Source: a virus
Taxonomy: Duplodnaviria; Caudoviricetes
Virus record (IMG/VR): IMGVR_UViG_3300043029_000195
Span: 1-45,405 of that record
DNA: 45,405 bases
Reading direction: 5' to 3' (one strand)
The notes under the pieces were generated by a model, which saw only the letters and a list, made by a program, of their open reading frames with translations, searched no databases and had not been told where the DNA came from. The translations under genes were made by a program, and so were the position numbers. Each line of letters opens with the position of its first letter. Position 1 is the first letter of the stretch. Below, piece by piece: positions 44,449 through 45,405 of the stretch.

Positions 44449-44856
44449 TCATTCGCTAGTATTATTTTTCTTTTCCATATCTCTTATAAACTGTTTCCAA
44501 TCATCCTCACTTATCTTTCCAGCGTTAGATTTCCTTAAGGCGAGTCTCGCCATATCCCCTATTTCTCCATACATCATGATATCTTCGATATCCGATGGCA
44601 CCTCACCGCGATCTCGTGCTGCAAGGTCATACATCATTGCTTTTTCTTCATCATCGAGATCAAATAGTTCTGCAAACAGTTCCATCTTGTCCTTATCAAA
44701 GGGCTTCCTTCTGTTATTTTCAACATCGCTTAGAAATGAAAGAGATATTCCGAGCATTTTAGAAACGTCTTTTAGTGTTAGTTCATCTGGATGTTCTTGT
44801 CTCTTCTTTTTAATGAAATCTCCAAACCTAATATACTTTTCTCTCACGATTTGCAC
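44449..44856 (-). CDS. XRE-family repressor (ImmR-like)
   Basis: FGDFIKKKR, LGISLSFLSDVENNRRKP; next to an ImmA-like protease; GTG start with RBS AAAGGAG. Confidence 0.88.
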   Translation of the reverse strand: MQIVREKYIRFGDFIKKKRQEHPDELTLKDVSKMLGISLSFLSDVENNRRKPFDKDKMELFAELFDLDDEEKAMMYDLAARDRGEVPSDIEDIMMYGEIGDMARLALRKSNAGKISEDDWKQFIRDMEKKNNTSE

Positions 44857-44930
44857 CTCCTTTCATTCTGAGGTGAACTGTTGAAAATATTATTCTCGCG
44901 TTCATCATCAATTTTACTCATTTTCGCATA

Positions 44931-45000
44931 TTTCACCTTATAGCGTAATTCTACTACAAAAAAATGTTCTGGTCAATATCCATTTCACAAATTTGCGTAA
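44931..45000 (-). promoter_or_regulatory. Repressor promoter flanked by two TTTCAC-N6-GCGTAA operators
   Basis: TTGACC(44976..44971)-17bp-TAGAAT(44953..44948); operators at 44931..44948 and 44983..45000. Confidence 0.75.
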
Positions 45001-45114
45001 GAATTTTATTTTGAGACACTATAAGGTTTGGATCTCTCTTCTCAGAGATTTGAAATTTTATTATTATATATTGTTTCATTTTGTGTTCATCGCCTCCATT
45101 CCGACTCGCACATT

Positions 45115-45405
45115 TTAGTAAAAAGGATTATTATATCGTTTGTACATGTTTTCTAATTCTGGTTTACTGAAACTCTCAATCAACTCTGGATGCTTATCAA
45201 TGTACTCTTGGGCAATTGGCGTAATTGTAAAAGGCATAACTAATTCATCACCGTAAGCAAGATTATTTGATGAAGTAAATTGAATTACTTTCTTGCTAAT
45301 AAGACGAACTGTAACTCCATCGGTATACGGTAATCTTGAAGTGTAATTTGGTGACCTATATAGCAGTGCTACAACAGCAAGTTCTGCACCTCTCAATTCC
45401 CTCAT
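45115..45405 (-). CDS. Hypothetical protein, possibly the C-terminus of a superinfection exclusion B-like protein; probably 5'-truncated by the window
   Basis: L...ELAVVALLY...LP..DGVTVRL..KKVI...FTITP.A pattern recalled for SieB-like proteins; ORF reaches the window edge. Confidence 0.45.
   Translation of the reverse strand: MRELRGAELAVVALLYRSPNYTSRLPYTDGVTVRLISKKVIQFTSSNNLAYGDELVMPFTITPIAQEYIDKHPELIESFSKPELENMYKRYNNPFY

Larger units (their letters stand above)
1..45405 (-). mobile_element. Temperate siphovirus-like prophage with serine recombinase integration module; both ends lie outside the window or are not recognisable
   Basis: Co-oriented immunity, replication, packaging, head, tail, lysis and recombinase modules in canonical order. 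Confidence 0.95.

Noticed and set aside
430-44884. The many + strand ORFs and nested alternative-frame ORFs in the track
   Set aside because: Nearly all lie antisense to or inside well-supported - strand genes and show no recognisable motifs; treated as shadow ORFs.
44957-44970. LexA box in the repressor promoter
   Set aside because: Only one half-site (GTTC) is present.
1-45405. Prophage attL/attR sites, tRNA or rRNA genes
   Set aside because: None recognised; both window edges fall within or at the edge of coding sequence, so boundaries cannot be assigned.

Overview
The window is almost entirely one temperate siphovirus-type prophage with a Bacillota/Clostridia-like gene set. All genes are on the - strand and neither boundary (att site) is visible. 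In transcription order (right to left) it carries: a partial SieB-like ORF; an XRE repressor and an ImmA/IrrE metallopeptidase; a putative activator under a LexA box; an early/replication operon (sigma-like factor, MetK, DUF2800 nuclease, DUF2815 SSB, family A DNA polymerase, two duplicated XRE genes, VapE primase-helicase, putative origin, VRR-NUC, SNF2 helicase); a late activator, HNH and cos-like region; an accessory block (ParB-methyltransferase, amidoligase, gamma-glutamylcyclotransferase, small ORFs sharing one repeated promoter-like motif); packaging, head, tail and lysis genes; and at least three tandem large serine recombinases, the third cut by the window edge and missing from the ORF track. 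A ~4.1-kb three-tyrosine-recombinase (RIT-type) element sits in the last codons of the polymerase gene, and its ends and empty site can be reconstructed base by base. The most unusual non-coding signals are a 12 x 11-bp phased array behind the LexA-controlled activator, two structured leader RNAs with a shared terminator-sequestering layout, and a 33-bp promoter-like motif present six times. Product calls come from motifs and gene order recognised by eye; no searches or folding programs were run.
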